A stretch of DNA of 64,000 bases from NCBI GenBank assembly GCA_963839345.1, contig CAWIUP010000003.1:448-64447 (forward strand). The letters run 5' to 3'. The DNA is from an uncultured Actinomycetota bacterium. GTDB taxonomy: Bacteria; Actinomycetota; Actinomycetes; Mycobacteriales; Mycobacteriaceae. Positions 18,952 to 28,136 of the stretch are shown in pieces; the stretch's first letter is position 1, and each line of letters starts with the position of its first letter. The translations under genes and the position numbers were made by a program. Below the pieces are notes generated by a model. The model was given only the letters and a program-made list of their open reading frames with translations, made no database searches and was not told the origin of the DNA.

Positions 18952-19854
18952 GTGACCGAGATGAACTATCTCGATCTGCACGGTGAGCGTATTGCCTATC
19001 GGGACGCAGGGGCCGGCGAGGCGTTGCTGTTGATTCATGGCATGGCGGGAAGTTCGGCGACCTGGCGGGCGGTCATCCCTGAGTTGTCGAAGAAGTATCG
19101 GGTGGTGGCACCGGACCTGTTGGGGCACGGGGAATCAGCCAAGCCGCGCGGTGACTATTCGTTGGGTGCGTTTGCAGCGTCGCTGCGTGATCTGCTCGAT
19201 GAACTAGGCATCAGCCAGGCAACTGTGGTCGGTCAGTCACTCGGTGGTGGTGTGGCCATGCAGTTCACCTATCAACATCGCGACTACTGCCAGCGACTGG
19301 TTCTCATCAGCAGTGGTGGCCTCGGCCCCGACCTGAACTGGATATTGCGGATCCTCTCGGCCCCCGGAACCGAGCTGGTGCTGCCAGTGGTCGCGCCGCA
19401 GCCGGTGTTGAACGTCGGTAACAAGCTGGGGTCGTGGCTCTCGTCGGCCGGGATCCAGTCGCCGCGCGCCGGCGAGATGTGGAGCGCGTATTCGTCGTTG
19501 TCGGATCGGCAGACAAGGCAGGCGTTCCTGCGCACGTTGCGCTCGGTGGTGGATTACCGCGGCCAGGCGGTCAGTGCCCTCAGCAAGATCCATCTCAGTT
19601 ATGGATTGCCCACCTTGCTGATTTGGGGTGAGCAGGACCGGATCATTCCTGTCGCCCACGGCTACGCCGCTCACGACGCTGTGCCGGGTAGCCGACTTGA
19701 GGTGCTCGCCGGTGTCGGACACTTCCCGCATGTCGAGTCCCCGGCGGCGGTGGTGGACATCCTTGACGACTTCATCGCCACCACAGGGCGGGATGTCGAT
19801 CTGACGAATCGAAAACCTGATCTGAGCAGTCACCCAGCGGGAACGACCGGCTGA
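18952..19854 (+). CDS. Alpha/beta fold hydrolase
   Basis: LLIHGMAG, GQSLGGG nucleophile elbow, WGEQD and GHFPH. Confidence 0.93.
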   Translation: MTEMNYLDLHGERIAYRDAGAGEALLLIHGMAGSSATWRAVIPELSKKYRVVAPDLLGHGESAKPRGDYSLGAFAASLRDLLDELGISQATVVGQSLGGGVAMQFTYQHRDYCQRLVLISSGGLGPDLNWILRILSAPGTELVLPVVAPQPVLNVGNKLGSWLSSAGIQSPRAGEMWSAYSSLSDRQTRQAFLRTLRSVVDYRGQAVSALSKIHLSYGLPTLLIWGEQDRIIPVAHGYAAHDAVPGSRLEVLAGVGHFPHVESPAAVVDILDDFIATTGRDVDLTNRKPDLSSHPAGTTG

Positions 19855-20139
19855 TCACATTACTTCGTCATCGTCTTGCTCTCCTACATCGAACCGAGGC
19901 GCCGCCGCTACCGAATCCTGCACAACCAACGCGGCCCGCTGCTGGCCACAACAATTCGCGCACGCACCGACGCTATCGTCGCCACGCTTCCGATTCGCTT
20001 AGACTGAGCATCTGCCCACCCACTCCCGAGACTGCCGATCTGCGATCGACGTTCGTTGTGGCGGTACCCAAAGGTCCGATCCACAGGTCTTGACAATTAC
20101 TCCGGCGGGGTGGACCGTGAGGCACGTTGGGACTCTCAA

Positions 20140-20235
20140 CCAGTCCGGGACGGGTCAGCTGTCCGCCGCTGTCCTCGCAGAGCAGTAGCTCGCGCCCGAA
20201 CACACCGGTGACAACCGCATGTCGGGATCACCATG
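20140..20235 (+). repeat. Copy B of the three-copy element; ends at the STAS gene start codon
   Basis: About 80% identical by hand alignment to 21229-21324. Confidence 0.9.
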
Positions 20236-20718
20236 AAAGCTCCGCCCGCCCCGTCCTTGCCGCCGGCCGGCGGATTGTTTTCCCAGCCGTGGGAGAGTCA
20301 CACCATACGGTTAGCCAATCGTCGGCTGAGGTCATTGGTAGCTGTCATCAGCGTCCACGGCCACATCGATGCATCCAACGCTGAGACTCTGACCGAGTAC
20401 ACCCTGGAGCATCTGATGCGTTGCCGCGGGCTGATCCTTGATCTGCGCGGCCTGGATTTCTTTGCAACCGAGGGTTTCTCGGCGCTGCACAGGGTCTCCG
20501 TCTGCTGCGCGCGCGCTGGCATAGGCTGGGCCGTAGTATCCGGTGAGGCAGTCTCCCGGGTGCTGCGGATCGGCGATCCAGAGGGCTTGCTGCCCGCCGC
20601 CAGCACCGTCGAGGCAGCGATGGCGATCATCCAAGACGAGCCTCACCGTCCACCACGCCCATCGCGAGCCGCACAGACCCCGGACAACCCTCGAGATGCC
20701 AACGCACGGTGTGCTTAG
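20233..20718 (+). CDS. STAS-domain anti-sigma factor antagonist
   Basis: VISVHGHIDASNA...LILDLRGLDFFATEGFSAL...VSRVLRI; typical of mycobacterial Rv2638/Rv1904-type STAS proteins. Confidence 0.87.
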   Translation: MKAPPAPSLPPAGGLFSQPWESHTIRLANRRLRSLVAVISVHGHIDASNAETLTEYTLEHLMRCRGLILDLRGLDFFATEGFSALHRVSVCCARAGIGWAVVSGEAVSRVLRIGDPEGLLPAASTVEAAMAIIQDEPHRPPRPSRAAQTPDNPRDANARCA

Positions 20719-20904
20719 TCTGCGGCGGTACACGACAGATCCGGCACGAACACCAGACCTTGATAGAAGCGATCGCCAAGCTCGATTGTCCTGCGTTGTC
20801 GGTGGTTGACCGTGGGGTTCGAAGATGCGAAATCTGAGGTTGTGGAGTGCGGCGCCGGCAAGGAATCTCAAGACTTCGCGACAGCCTGAGCAGACCGCGA
20901 CCGC

Positions 20905-21188
20905 CTCCGCGTCGGGATCCTTTGTCGACCTCGCCACGGACCTCGCGTGCTCACCGCCCAGCCCCTGAGTGACTTAGTCCTCGATCAGCACCTGCCGCCC
21001 CTGCTGAACGGGGCGCCGCGACAAGCCTTTTCGAGGCGTCGGTCATCAACGAAGCCATCGGAGCCCTCATCGGCCAGGGCTACACGCGCAAGCAAGCCGA
21101 GCCTCGCCTCATCGCGGAGGGTGACGACGCCGGTATCAGTCGGCACGCCGTCGGCCTGCGCATCCTGGCCGGGCTCAATGCGCGGTAG
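20905..21188 (+). pseudogene. Frameshifted, 5'-truncated remnant of an ANTAR protein paralogous to 16064-16684
   Basis: TTTGTCGACCTC...CTCGATCAGCACCTG...GCGTCGGTCATCAAC matches 16370-16520. It encodes FVDLATDLA / LDQHL / ASVINEAIGALIGQG in different frames. Confidence 0.8.
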
Positions 21189-21228
21189 CCGCTCATCGGG
21201 TGTAACCTCAGTAAGGTTAGGAACCCAG

Positions 21229-21324
21229 CCAGTCCGGGATGAAGTCAGCCGTCCGCCGCTGATCTCGCAGAGCAGCAGCTCGCGCCGGACACGTCGGTGA
21301 CAATCTTCCGTTGGGATCACCTTG
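21229..21324 (+). repeat. Copy C of the three-copy element; ends at the GT4 TTG start
   Basis: Aligns with 20140-20235; the start codon falls at the same position after GGGATCACC. Confidence 0.9.
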
Positions 21325-22503
21325 AGCGCTCTATCCACCCTTGAAATGTCGCATACCCCTGTTGTCGGGCAAGGCCCTTGCGGCTCCGCGAGTTTCAGCA
21401 TTCTCAGTACGTATCCACCGACACCGTGCGGGCTTGCGACATTCACTGCGGCCTTGTCGGAAGGGTTGTGCGCGAATGGCTCCGACGTCAGCGTCGTGCG
21501 GGTGGCCGACGGGTCGTTATCTTCTGACGCCCGGGTGATCGGAGAGCTGGTCAACGGTTCGGCGACATCCGTGGCTGCAACCTCCGAATTGCTGAACGAG
21601 AGCGACATCGCGGTAATCCAGCATGAGTACGGCATCTACGGCGGTGTCGACGGAGACGAGGTGATGGACATCGTCGGCGGGCTGCGCATCCCGTCGATCG
21701 TGGTCGCTCACACGGTCCTCAAAGACCCGACCCCGCATCAGCGTTGGGTGCTCGAGGCGATCGCGGCGATGGCGGCTCAGGTGGTTGTTATGTCGGAGGC
21801 GGCCAGTCAACGCCTGTGTCTCGACTTCGACGTCGATCCCCGCAAAGTCAGCACGATCTCGCACGGCGCGACCGTCCCGAGGCGGCTCGCCCCGCCGGCG
21901 CGGTCGGACAGGCCGACGTTGTTGACATGGGGCCTCCTAGGTCCGGGAAAGGGCATCGAGCGGGTCATCGACGCGATGGGTTCGCTGCACGACCTTCCGG
22001 TCCGGCCGCGCTACCTGATAGCCGGCCGGACGCACCCAAAGGTTCTCGCCGCCGATGGCGAGGCATACCGCAACGCCCGTGCCGAACAGGCGCGGCTCAG
22101 CGGCGTAGCGGACTCGGTGTCCTTTGACGCCAGCTACCGCGACGTGGCATCGCTGACGGCGCTTATCCAGTCCTCAGCCGTGGTCGTGCTGCCCTACGAC
22201 TCCACCGATCAGGTCACCTCCGGTGTTTTGGTAGACGCCATCGCGAGCGGTCGGCCGGTCGTAGCCACCGCCTTTCCGCACGCCGTCGAGCTCCTCGCTA
22301 GCGGGGCGGGCATCGTCGTCGGCCACGACGACCCGGATGCGCTGGCGTCAGCCCTGCTCCGGCTCCTGACCGAGCCGCACCTCGCCGCGACGATGGCCGC
22401 CGAGGCCGTGCGATTGGCCCCACGGATGGCGTGGCCGATCGTGGCGAACGCCTATCTGGATCTGGCACACCACCTTCTCGGTGAGCGTCCGGCGATGGTA
22501 TGA
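21322..22503 (+). CDS. Glycosyltransferase family 4 (GT-B)
   Basis: STYPPTPCGLATF, QHEYGIYGG, WGLLGPGKGIE, SGVLVDAIASGRPVVAT. Confidence 0.92.
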   Translation: MSALSTLEMSHTPVVGQGPCGSASFSILSTYPPTPCGLATFTAALSEGLCANGSDVSVVRVADGSLSSDARVIGELVNGSATSVAATSELLNESDIAVIQHEYGIYGGVDGDEVMDIVGGLRIPSIVVAHTVLKDPTPHQRWVLEAIAAMAAQVVVMSEAASQRLCLDFDVDPRKVSTISHGATVPRRLAPPARSDRPTLLTWGLLGPGKGIERVIDAMGSLHDLPVRPRYLIAGRTHPKVLAADGEAYRNARAEQARLSGVADSVSFDASYRDVASLTALIQSSAVVVLPYDSTDQVTSGVLVDAIASGRPVVATAFPHAVELLASGAGIVVGHDDPDALASALLRLLTEPHLAATMAAEAVRLAPRMAWPIVANAYLDLAHHLLGERPAMV

Positions 22504-23523
22504 CCGCCACGGTGTCGGACCTGAGATTCGACCACCTGTTGCATTTGACAGACCGTCGCGGCACGTTCGAGCATGCCTGTTTCGCCGAACCCCGGCCCGA
22601 GCACGGCTACTGCACCGACGACATGGCCAGGGTTCTCGTCGTCGCCACTCGAGAGCCCAACTCTGGTGGGGAAGTCAACAGGCTTGCGCGCGTGGCCATG
22701 CAGTTCCTGAACGATGCGCAGTCCTACGCCGGTGCCTGCCGAAACCGGATGGACAGCAAGGGCCGTTGGGAGGATGAGCCCTCCCTGGAGGACTGCTGGG
22801 GGCGCTGCATCTGGGGACTGGGAACTGCCGCTGCGCACAGTGACGTCTCTCTGGTTCGCCGGTTGGCCGTCATTCAGTTTGAACGGTCCGCGAAGGTGCG
22901 ATCGCCGTGGCCTCGGGCAATGGCGTTCGCGGCGATAGGCGCTGCCGAACTCCTCTCCGTCGACCCCGGGCAACCGGCGGCACGCGCACTCCTCGCCGAC
23001 TACGCCGAGACGGTGGCCAAACCCAACGGCGACGCGTCCTGGCCATGGCCTGAGGCGCGACTCACCTACGCGAATGCGGTTCTCCCCGAGGCGATGATCG
23101 CCGCGGGCGTTGCGCTCGACGATTCCACACTGCGGTACCAGGGTTTGGATCTGTTGGGTTGGCTGGTCGAATACGAAACGGCAGGGGGGCACCTCTCGCC
23201 CACTCCCGCATGCGGGCAGAGGACCGGACGACCTTCGGCCCGCGTTCGATCAGCAGCCGATCGAGGTGTCCACCCTCGCCGACGCGTGCGCACGTGCCGC
23301 TGCCATCGACACCGGTTCGATCTGGCCCGACGGGGTCCTGGCCGCTGCGGCCTGGTTCATGGGTGACAACGACGCGCAACAGCTCATGTGGGACCCCGAG
23401 ACCGGCGGCGGATTCGACGGCCTGCAAGCCGATGGGGTGAACCGCAACCACGGCGCGGAGTCGACACTGGCAGTGCTCTCGACGATGCAGCACGCTCGAC
23501 GCTTCTCGACTGTGCGGCAATGA
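22500..23523 (+). pseudogene. GT4-associated (alpha/alpha)-barrel-like conserved protein, frameshifted near 23214
   Basis: ORF 22500 (HGYCTDDMAR, EDCWGRCIWGLG, LTYANA, HLSPTP) continues in another frame as FDQQPIE...GFDGL...NHGAESTLA* ending at 23523. Confidence 0.8.
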
Positions 23524-24998
23524 CTTCCGTGCAGGCTGGGCTCGTCACGCGCAGCCCCCAGCGGCTCGCGGCCAACCCGTCGCGAGTCATCACCCGACTC
23601 TTTGTGCCAGGCCAGGAAGGTTTCGAGCATCAAGAGTCCCGGGCAGGAGCGGTGCTGGCGCGGATCCTGGCCCTGGACGAAGGGCAGGTGCGGTCTTCGT
23701 TAGACGATGTCGTCACACGCTTCGACGAACGTCACCGCGATCTGGCTGACACCTTCCGCCGGCACGCCCGTGAACTCGCCGATCGGCTGGATCCCGACTG
23801 GGAACTCTCCGAGGTGCGAAAGTTGTTGCTGGGCGCGGCATTCACCAGCGAATACGCCATTGAAGGTGCAGCGTTGTGCAACCCCAGCATCGTGGCCCAT
23901 CCCGACCAGGCTGCAACCATCGCAGGTAGCTTGCGATTCGTGATGAGCGTGCGGGGCATTGGCGAGGGGCACCATTCGTCCATCGGGTTTCGGACCGGCG
24001 TCGTCGACGCAGCCGGTGGCATCGCGATCGACAACCCTGCTCCGTTCGCCACCGCCGGATCACCCAAGCCCGCCCTCCTCGAAGCAGCCGTCTTCCGCAG
24101 TGAACTCGCCCGGCTCGACGACGCCGGAGAGACGGCCGACTACGTCCTCGACCGGCTCGGCCAAAGCTTCACCCGAGCTGCTCTTGATCAACAACTCACC
24201 CAGCTCCAGACTCATCTGAGCACCCGCGGACACGCCGAGGAGACGATTTCCTCAATCCGTAGCATCGCCGAGCGGACGTATGCCATCGAATTCTCCGACC
24301 GCATAACACTTTCCGAGCGGGTCCTGTGGCCCTCGATGGGCGCAGAGCAGGCCGGCATGGAGGATGCACGCTTCGTCCGTTTCATCGACGACGACGGCTC
24401 CATCACGTTCTATGCCACCTACACGGCCTACGACGGATCCCACATCAGCCAGCAACTCCTCGAGACCACTGATTTCCAGTCCTTCACCTCCGCGCCGATC
24501 GTCGGACGCGCCGGTGCCAATAAGGGCCTGGCGCTGTTTCCTCGCCGGATTCACGGTCGCTTCGCCGCCATGTCGAGATCAGATCGCGAGTCGAATACGG
24601 TTGCCTACGCCGATCATCTGTCCGTTTGGCCGAGTGCGCTTCCCTGCCAGAGCCCGACCCGAGCCTGGGAGGTGTTACAACTCGGGAACTGCGGTCCGCC
24701 CATCGAAACCGACGCCGGGTGGCTGGTGCTCACCCACGGAGTCGGTCCGATGCGCACCTACAGCATCGGGGCGATTCTGCTTGATCTCGACGATCCGACA
24801 CGGATTATTGGTCAGCTACCGCAACCGCTACTGAGCCCCGCAACTGATGAGCAGGACGGCTACGTGCCCAATGTTGTCTACTCCTGCGGCGCACTAGTCC
24901 ACGCCGACACCCTGGTGCTGCCGTACGGCATTTGTGACGCCGCCATCGGTATTGCCACAGTGCCGCTACCCGAACTCCTTGCAGCTCTGAGCCGCTGA
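23520..24998 (+). CDS. Glycoside hydrolase family 130 protein (mannoside phosphorylase/glycosidase-like)
   Basis: EYAIEGAALCNPS, MEDARFVRF, NKGLALFPR, LGNCGPPIET, HGVGPMRTY and YVPNVVYSCG. Start ATG 23520 overlaps the upstream stop. Confidence 0.9.
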   Translation: MTSVQAGLVTRSPQRLAANPSRVITRLFVPGQEGFEHQESRAGAVLARILALDEGQVRSSLDDVVTRFDERHRDLADTFRRHARELADRLDPDWELSEVRKLLLGAAFTSEYAIEGAALCNPSIVAHPDQAATIAGSLRFVMSVRGIGEGHHSSIGFRTGVVDAAGGIAIDNPAPFATAGSPKPALLEAAVFRSELARLDDAGETADYVLDRLGQSFTRAALDQQLTQLQTHLSTRGHAEETISSIRSIAERTYAIEFSDRITLSERVLWPSMGAEQAGMEDARFVRFIDDDGSITFYATYTAYDGSHISQQLLETTDFQSFTSAPIVGRAGANKGLALFPRRIHGRFAAMSRSDRESNTVAYADHLSVWPSALPCQSPTRAWEVLQLGNCGPPIETDAGWLVLTHGVGPMRTYSIGAILLDLDDPTRIIGQLPQPLLSPATDEQDGYVPNVVYSCGALVHADTLVLPYGICDAAIGIATVPLPELLAALSR

Positions 24999-25139
24999 GA
25001 CCCGAGACACTCAAATTGGACCTCCGCGCGTCTACGACGTAGGCCAGCAATGTCGACAGGCTTCCTTGTGGGATCAACGTGTTTCCGTCTGTTCCCGGGA
25101 AATCGGATTCGACGGCTGCGCGACGACGACACGCGTGAG

Positions 25140-25281
25140 GACAAACCCCGAGTGCACCGAGAACTATCCCGAGGACGACGAATATCAGCGCGGGCGCCAG
25201 GTACCAGCGTCGGACCAGCCCGGAGACGGCGGCGTAGCAGAGCACCAAAATTGTGAGGACGAACGCGGTCTGATTGTGCAT
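25140..25281 (-). pseudogene. Probable N-terminal remnant of a cation:proton antiporter
   Basis: RBS plus MHNQTAFVLTILVLCYAAVSGLVRRWYLAPALIFVVLGIVLG resembles the first helices of CPA1 antiporters; the sequence then loses hydrophobicity. Confidence 0.4.
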
Positions 25282-25520
25282 TCTCTGTTCCTGCCTCAGC
25301 GTCGGCTCAATACTGACACTCGTCGACACGCCCCCGGGGTCCGCGTCTGCGGTGTCGCCTCAATCTGTCCCATCCTGGATCTTCGCTGCGCGCCACCGAG
25401 CGGTGAGATGTCAACGTCCGCTGGCGGATTCGTCAGGCACCGGATGCCTCGACCGGTCAACCGGTCTCGAAATCTGCCGACCCGATGCCGAGGCGCGGGA
25501 TTGGCGCTCGCCGTCGATGC

Positions 25521-25549
25521 CCGCAAGGTTTGCTCTTGCGGTTCCTTTC
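25521..25549 (+). terminator. Terminator-like hairpin CCGCAAG-GTTTGCT-CTTGCGG followed by TTCCTTT
   Basis: 7-bp GC-rich stem with a T-rich tail, about 100 bp upstream of the hemophore-like gene. Confidence 0.4.
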
Positions 25550-25637
25550 GAATTGTTGCTCGCCCCAGTGTCTTATTTTGTTGTGCTTAGCTAGCGGTAT
25601 CGATAGCCGTTCGGACACTGGATGAGAAGGAGCAAGC

Positions 25638-26033
25638 ATGATGCTGTCAAGCCGTGCCATCCGTAGCGCACTGGTGGGAGCGATCGGCACTTCGGCGATG
25701 GCCGGTGCGATGCTGCTTGGGGGCGCCTCGTTGGCGTCTGCTGAACCCACGCCCGCACCGCCACCTCCGGCCCCGGCGCCTGGGTGCACGGCCGCCGACT
25801 TGGCACAGGCGTCGGGCACAGTCGGGACCGCGATGGCGGGATATCTGTTTAGCCACCCGGACGTCAACAACTTCTTCACCGGCCTTCGTGGGCAGCCGAA
25901 CGAGGAGATTCGCGGCGACGTCCAGAACTACATGAACGCCAACCCCCAGGTTGAGTCCGAAATCAACGGGATCCGCCAACCCCTCACCGACCTGGGGAAT
26001 CGCTGCGATTACCACCCCAATTCGGGTCAATAG
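25638..26033 (+). CDS. Secreted Rv0203-like heme-binding (hemophore-related) protein
   Basis: Signal peptide ending ASA-EP, then CTAADLA...YLFSHPDVNNFFT...IRQPLTDLGNRC (two Cys, Tyr/His motif). Confidence 0.85.
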   Translation: MMLSSRAIRSALVGAIGTSAMAGAMLLGGASLASAEPTPAPPPPAPAPGCTAADLAQASGTVGTAMAGYLFSHPDVNNFFTGLRGQPNEEIRGDVQNYMNANPQVESEINGIRQPLTDLGNRCDYHPNSGQ

Positions 26034-26108
26034 TCACCTAATGGTGTTACGCCCGACCATCACCTTCGACATAGATAGGCCAGTCACGCCGGTGAGGAGA
26101 CAAGCAAG

Positions 26109-26405
26109 ATGAGTCATTGGTCACGGTCAGGGACTATCACGGTGGCGACCGTCTTGGCGCTCGCGGCCGTCCCCGGGGCGATCGTCACTATTCCCGCACC
26201 CGGGGTCGCTAACGCCGACGTCTGTGCAAGCGCCGGCCGCCGGGTATCGGTGAGTGGCTGCGCGAACCTCGCCGACGCCGTTGCGCCGTACGTTCCGCCG
26301 CCGGCGTACTACGCGCCCATGCCGAACGACCCACCGCCGCCCCCGAACGTCACCGGATGTGTGGGCTACAACGGTCGGTGGGTCAACGCCTCCGGGTGCA
26401 ATTAA
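26109..26405 (+). CDS. Small secreted Cys/Pro-rich protein
   Basis: GGAG RBS, signal peptide ending ANA-DVC, four Cys and a Pro-rich linker. Confidence 0.75.
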   Translation: MSHWSRSGTITVATVLALAAVPGAIVTIPAPGVANADVCASAGRRVSVSGCANLADAVAPYVPPPAYYAPMPNDPPPPPNVTGCVGYNGRWVNASGCN

Positions 26406-26492
26406 GCCCTTCCCCTATCGCCAACGAACCGCGCAGCCACCGGATCGCGTGGTGCCCGGTGAGCAACGCCGAGCGGGTCGGGATGCACACGC

Positions 26493-28136
26493 TCACACTG
26501 CTGCCGGTTTCGAGTTGATCAATCCCGCGCGGGGGGTTGTCGTTTGGGCACCCGGCTTGACCGGGATCGCTGCCATCGCCCGCTCGGCCATCGCCGTGAT
26601 CGTCAGGCTCGGATTCACACCGGGATTGGCCGGGATGACCGCACCATCGCAGATAAGGAGGTTCTGGTAGCCGAACACTCGGTGATCACGGTCGACAACG
26701 CCGCTCTCGGGGCCCTGTGCAGCCACCGCACCGCCCAGGACGTGCGCCGTGATCGGCATGTTGAACAGCGCTTCGGTCAGCCAACTCTGCGCCGTCCCGC
26801 CGGTCCGGTCAGCGAGTCGCCGGGCGATGTTGTTGGCCACCGGCAGGAAGGTGGGCGTCGGGTTGTCCGGATCCTGACGCGTGGTGAGCCGCAGCCGCCG
26901 GCCGAATATCCGCTGCTTGGGCACCAGCGACAGCGATGTGTCGGTGGTCTGCATGACGCCGGTGATGAGCGAGCGTTGTGACCAGCCGCGCGGATTGGTC
27001 ACGCGGACAAATCGAATCGGGTGCCGCAGGATCTGGGCGAGCAGCTTCAGCGGCCTGGTGATTCTCGTTCCATCGCCGGTAAGCAAGGTGAACATCAGTC
27101 CCATGGCGTTGCCGCCGGGCCCATACGTGACGGCTTCGACATGGCTGTCCGCGGTGGGGTGCATGCTCGAGGTGATCGAAACGCTGCGGCCCCATCCTCG
27201 GTCGTTGGGCGTGGTCACGGCGGTCATCGCCTCGCTGTTGGTGCGGACCAATTGGCCGAGCCGGTCAGAGATTCGCGGCAGGGCGCGGTCGCTCTTGCAT
27301 TGCGCGAGTAGCTGATTGGTCCCCAGCGCGCCGGCGGCCACGACGACTCCGCGTGCGGTCTGCGTCCGACGGTCCCGGCGAATCCAGGAGCCGGTGCGTT
27401 CGCTGGTCACGGCGTAACCGTCTGAACCATCCGCGGCCCCCAGCGGCCGGATCGAGATGACCGTGCGTTCGGCATCGATCTGCACACCGAGGCGCTCGGC
27501 GAACCACAGATAGTTCTTCGGCAGCGTGTTCTTGGCGTTGTTGCGGCATCCCAACAGGCACAGCCCGCATTCGATGCAACCCGACCGGGCTGGACCGGCG
27601 CCGCCGAAGTACGGATCGGCGTCTAGGACGCCGGGCTCGCCGAAGTAGACGCCGACGGGGACGGGGCGGAAGGTGTCGGCTACACCTAGCTCGACGGAAA
27701 TGGCCTCGATGGCTTCATCGGCGGGCGTGCGTCGCGGCTGTGTGACGACGCCGAGCATGCCTTCGGCCAGCTCGTAATACTTCTCCAGATCCGGGGCGTC
27801 TCCGCATACTTTGCGCCAGTCATCGAAGAATCCATCGCCGGCCCGCCAGAGGGTCTGCGCGTAGACAAGGCTGCCGCCACCCACGCCGCTTCCGCTGAGG
27901 ATCATGACGTCTTTGAACGGCGTGACCCGCAGGATGCCCTTCAAGCCCAACTTCGGCGCAAAGATGGTCCGGCGCAGCTGCGAGAGCCGCTCGGCGAAGT
28001 CGTGGTCCTCGAAGCGCCGCCCGGACTCCAAAACTGCTACCCGATAACCCTTCTCGGCCAAACGCAGCGCCGATACGCTGCCGCCGAAGCCGGACCCGAT
28101 AATCAGGTAGTCGTAGTCGTGTGCCTGGCTCATCAT
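26493..28136 (-). CDS. GMC oxidoreductase, cholesterol oxidase ChoD-like
   Basis: IIGSGFGGSVSALRL, GVGGGSLVYA, KNTLPKNYL, TAHVLGG and DGAVIPANPGVNPSLTITAMAER. Confidence 0.92.
   Translation of the reverse strand: MMSQAHDYDYLIIGSGFGGSVSALRLAEKGYRVAVLESGRRFEDHDFAERLSQLRRTIFAPKLGLKGILRVTPFKDVMILSGSGVGGGSLVYAQTLWRAGDGFFDDWRKVCGDAPDLEKYYELAEGMLGVVTQPRRTPADEAIEAISVELGVADTFRPVPVGVYFGEPGVLDADPYFGGAGPARSGCIECGLCLLGCRNNAKNTLPKNYLWFAERLGVQIDAERTVISIRPLGAADGSDGYAVTSERTGSWIRRDRRTQTARGVVVAAGALGTNQLLAQCKSDRALPRISDRLGQLVRTNSEAMTAVTTPNDRGWGRSVSITSSMHPTADSHVEAVTYGPGGNAMGLMFTLLTGDGTRITRPLKLLAQILRHPIRFVRVTNPRGWSQRSLITGVMQTTDTSLSLVPKQRIFGRRLRLTTRQDPDNPTPTFLPVANNIARRLADRTGGTAQSWLTEALFNMPITAHVLGGAVAAQGPESGVVDRDHRVFGYQNLLICDGAVIPANPGVNPSLTITAMAERAMAAIPVKPGAQTTTPRAGLINSKPAAV

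Noticed and set aside
20177-20190. Canonical ANTAR dual-hexaloop motif (C-AGAGCA-G fits A1/G4)
   Set aside because: The stem is only about 2 bp, it is absent in copy A, and there is no second A1/G4 loop. The element is therefore reported as non-canonical.
24999-25140. Possible IS remnant truncating the antiporter fragment (also considered for 20720-20900)
   Set aside because: No terminal inverted repeats, target duplication or convincing transposase motif were found.
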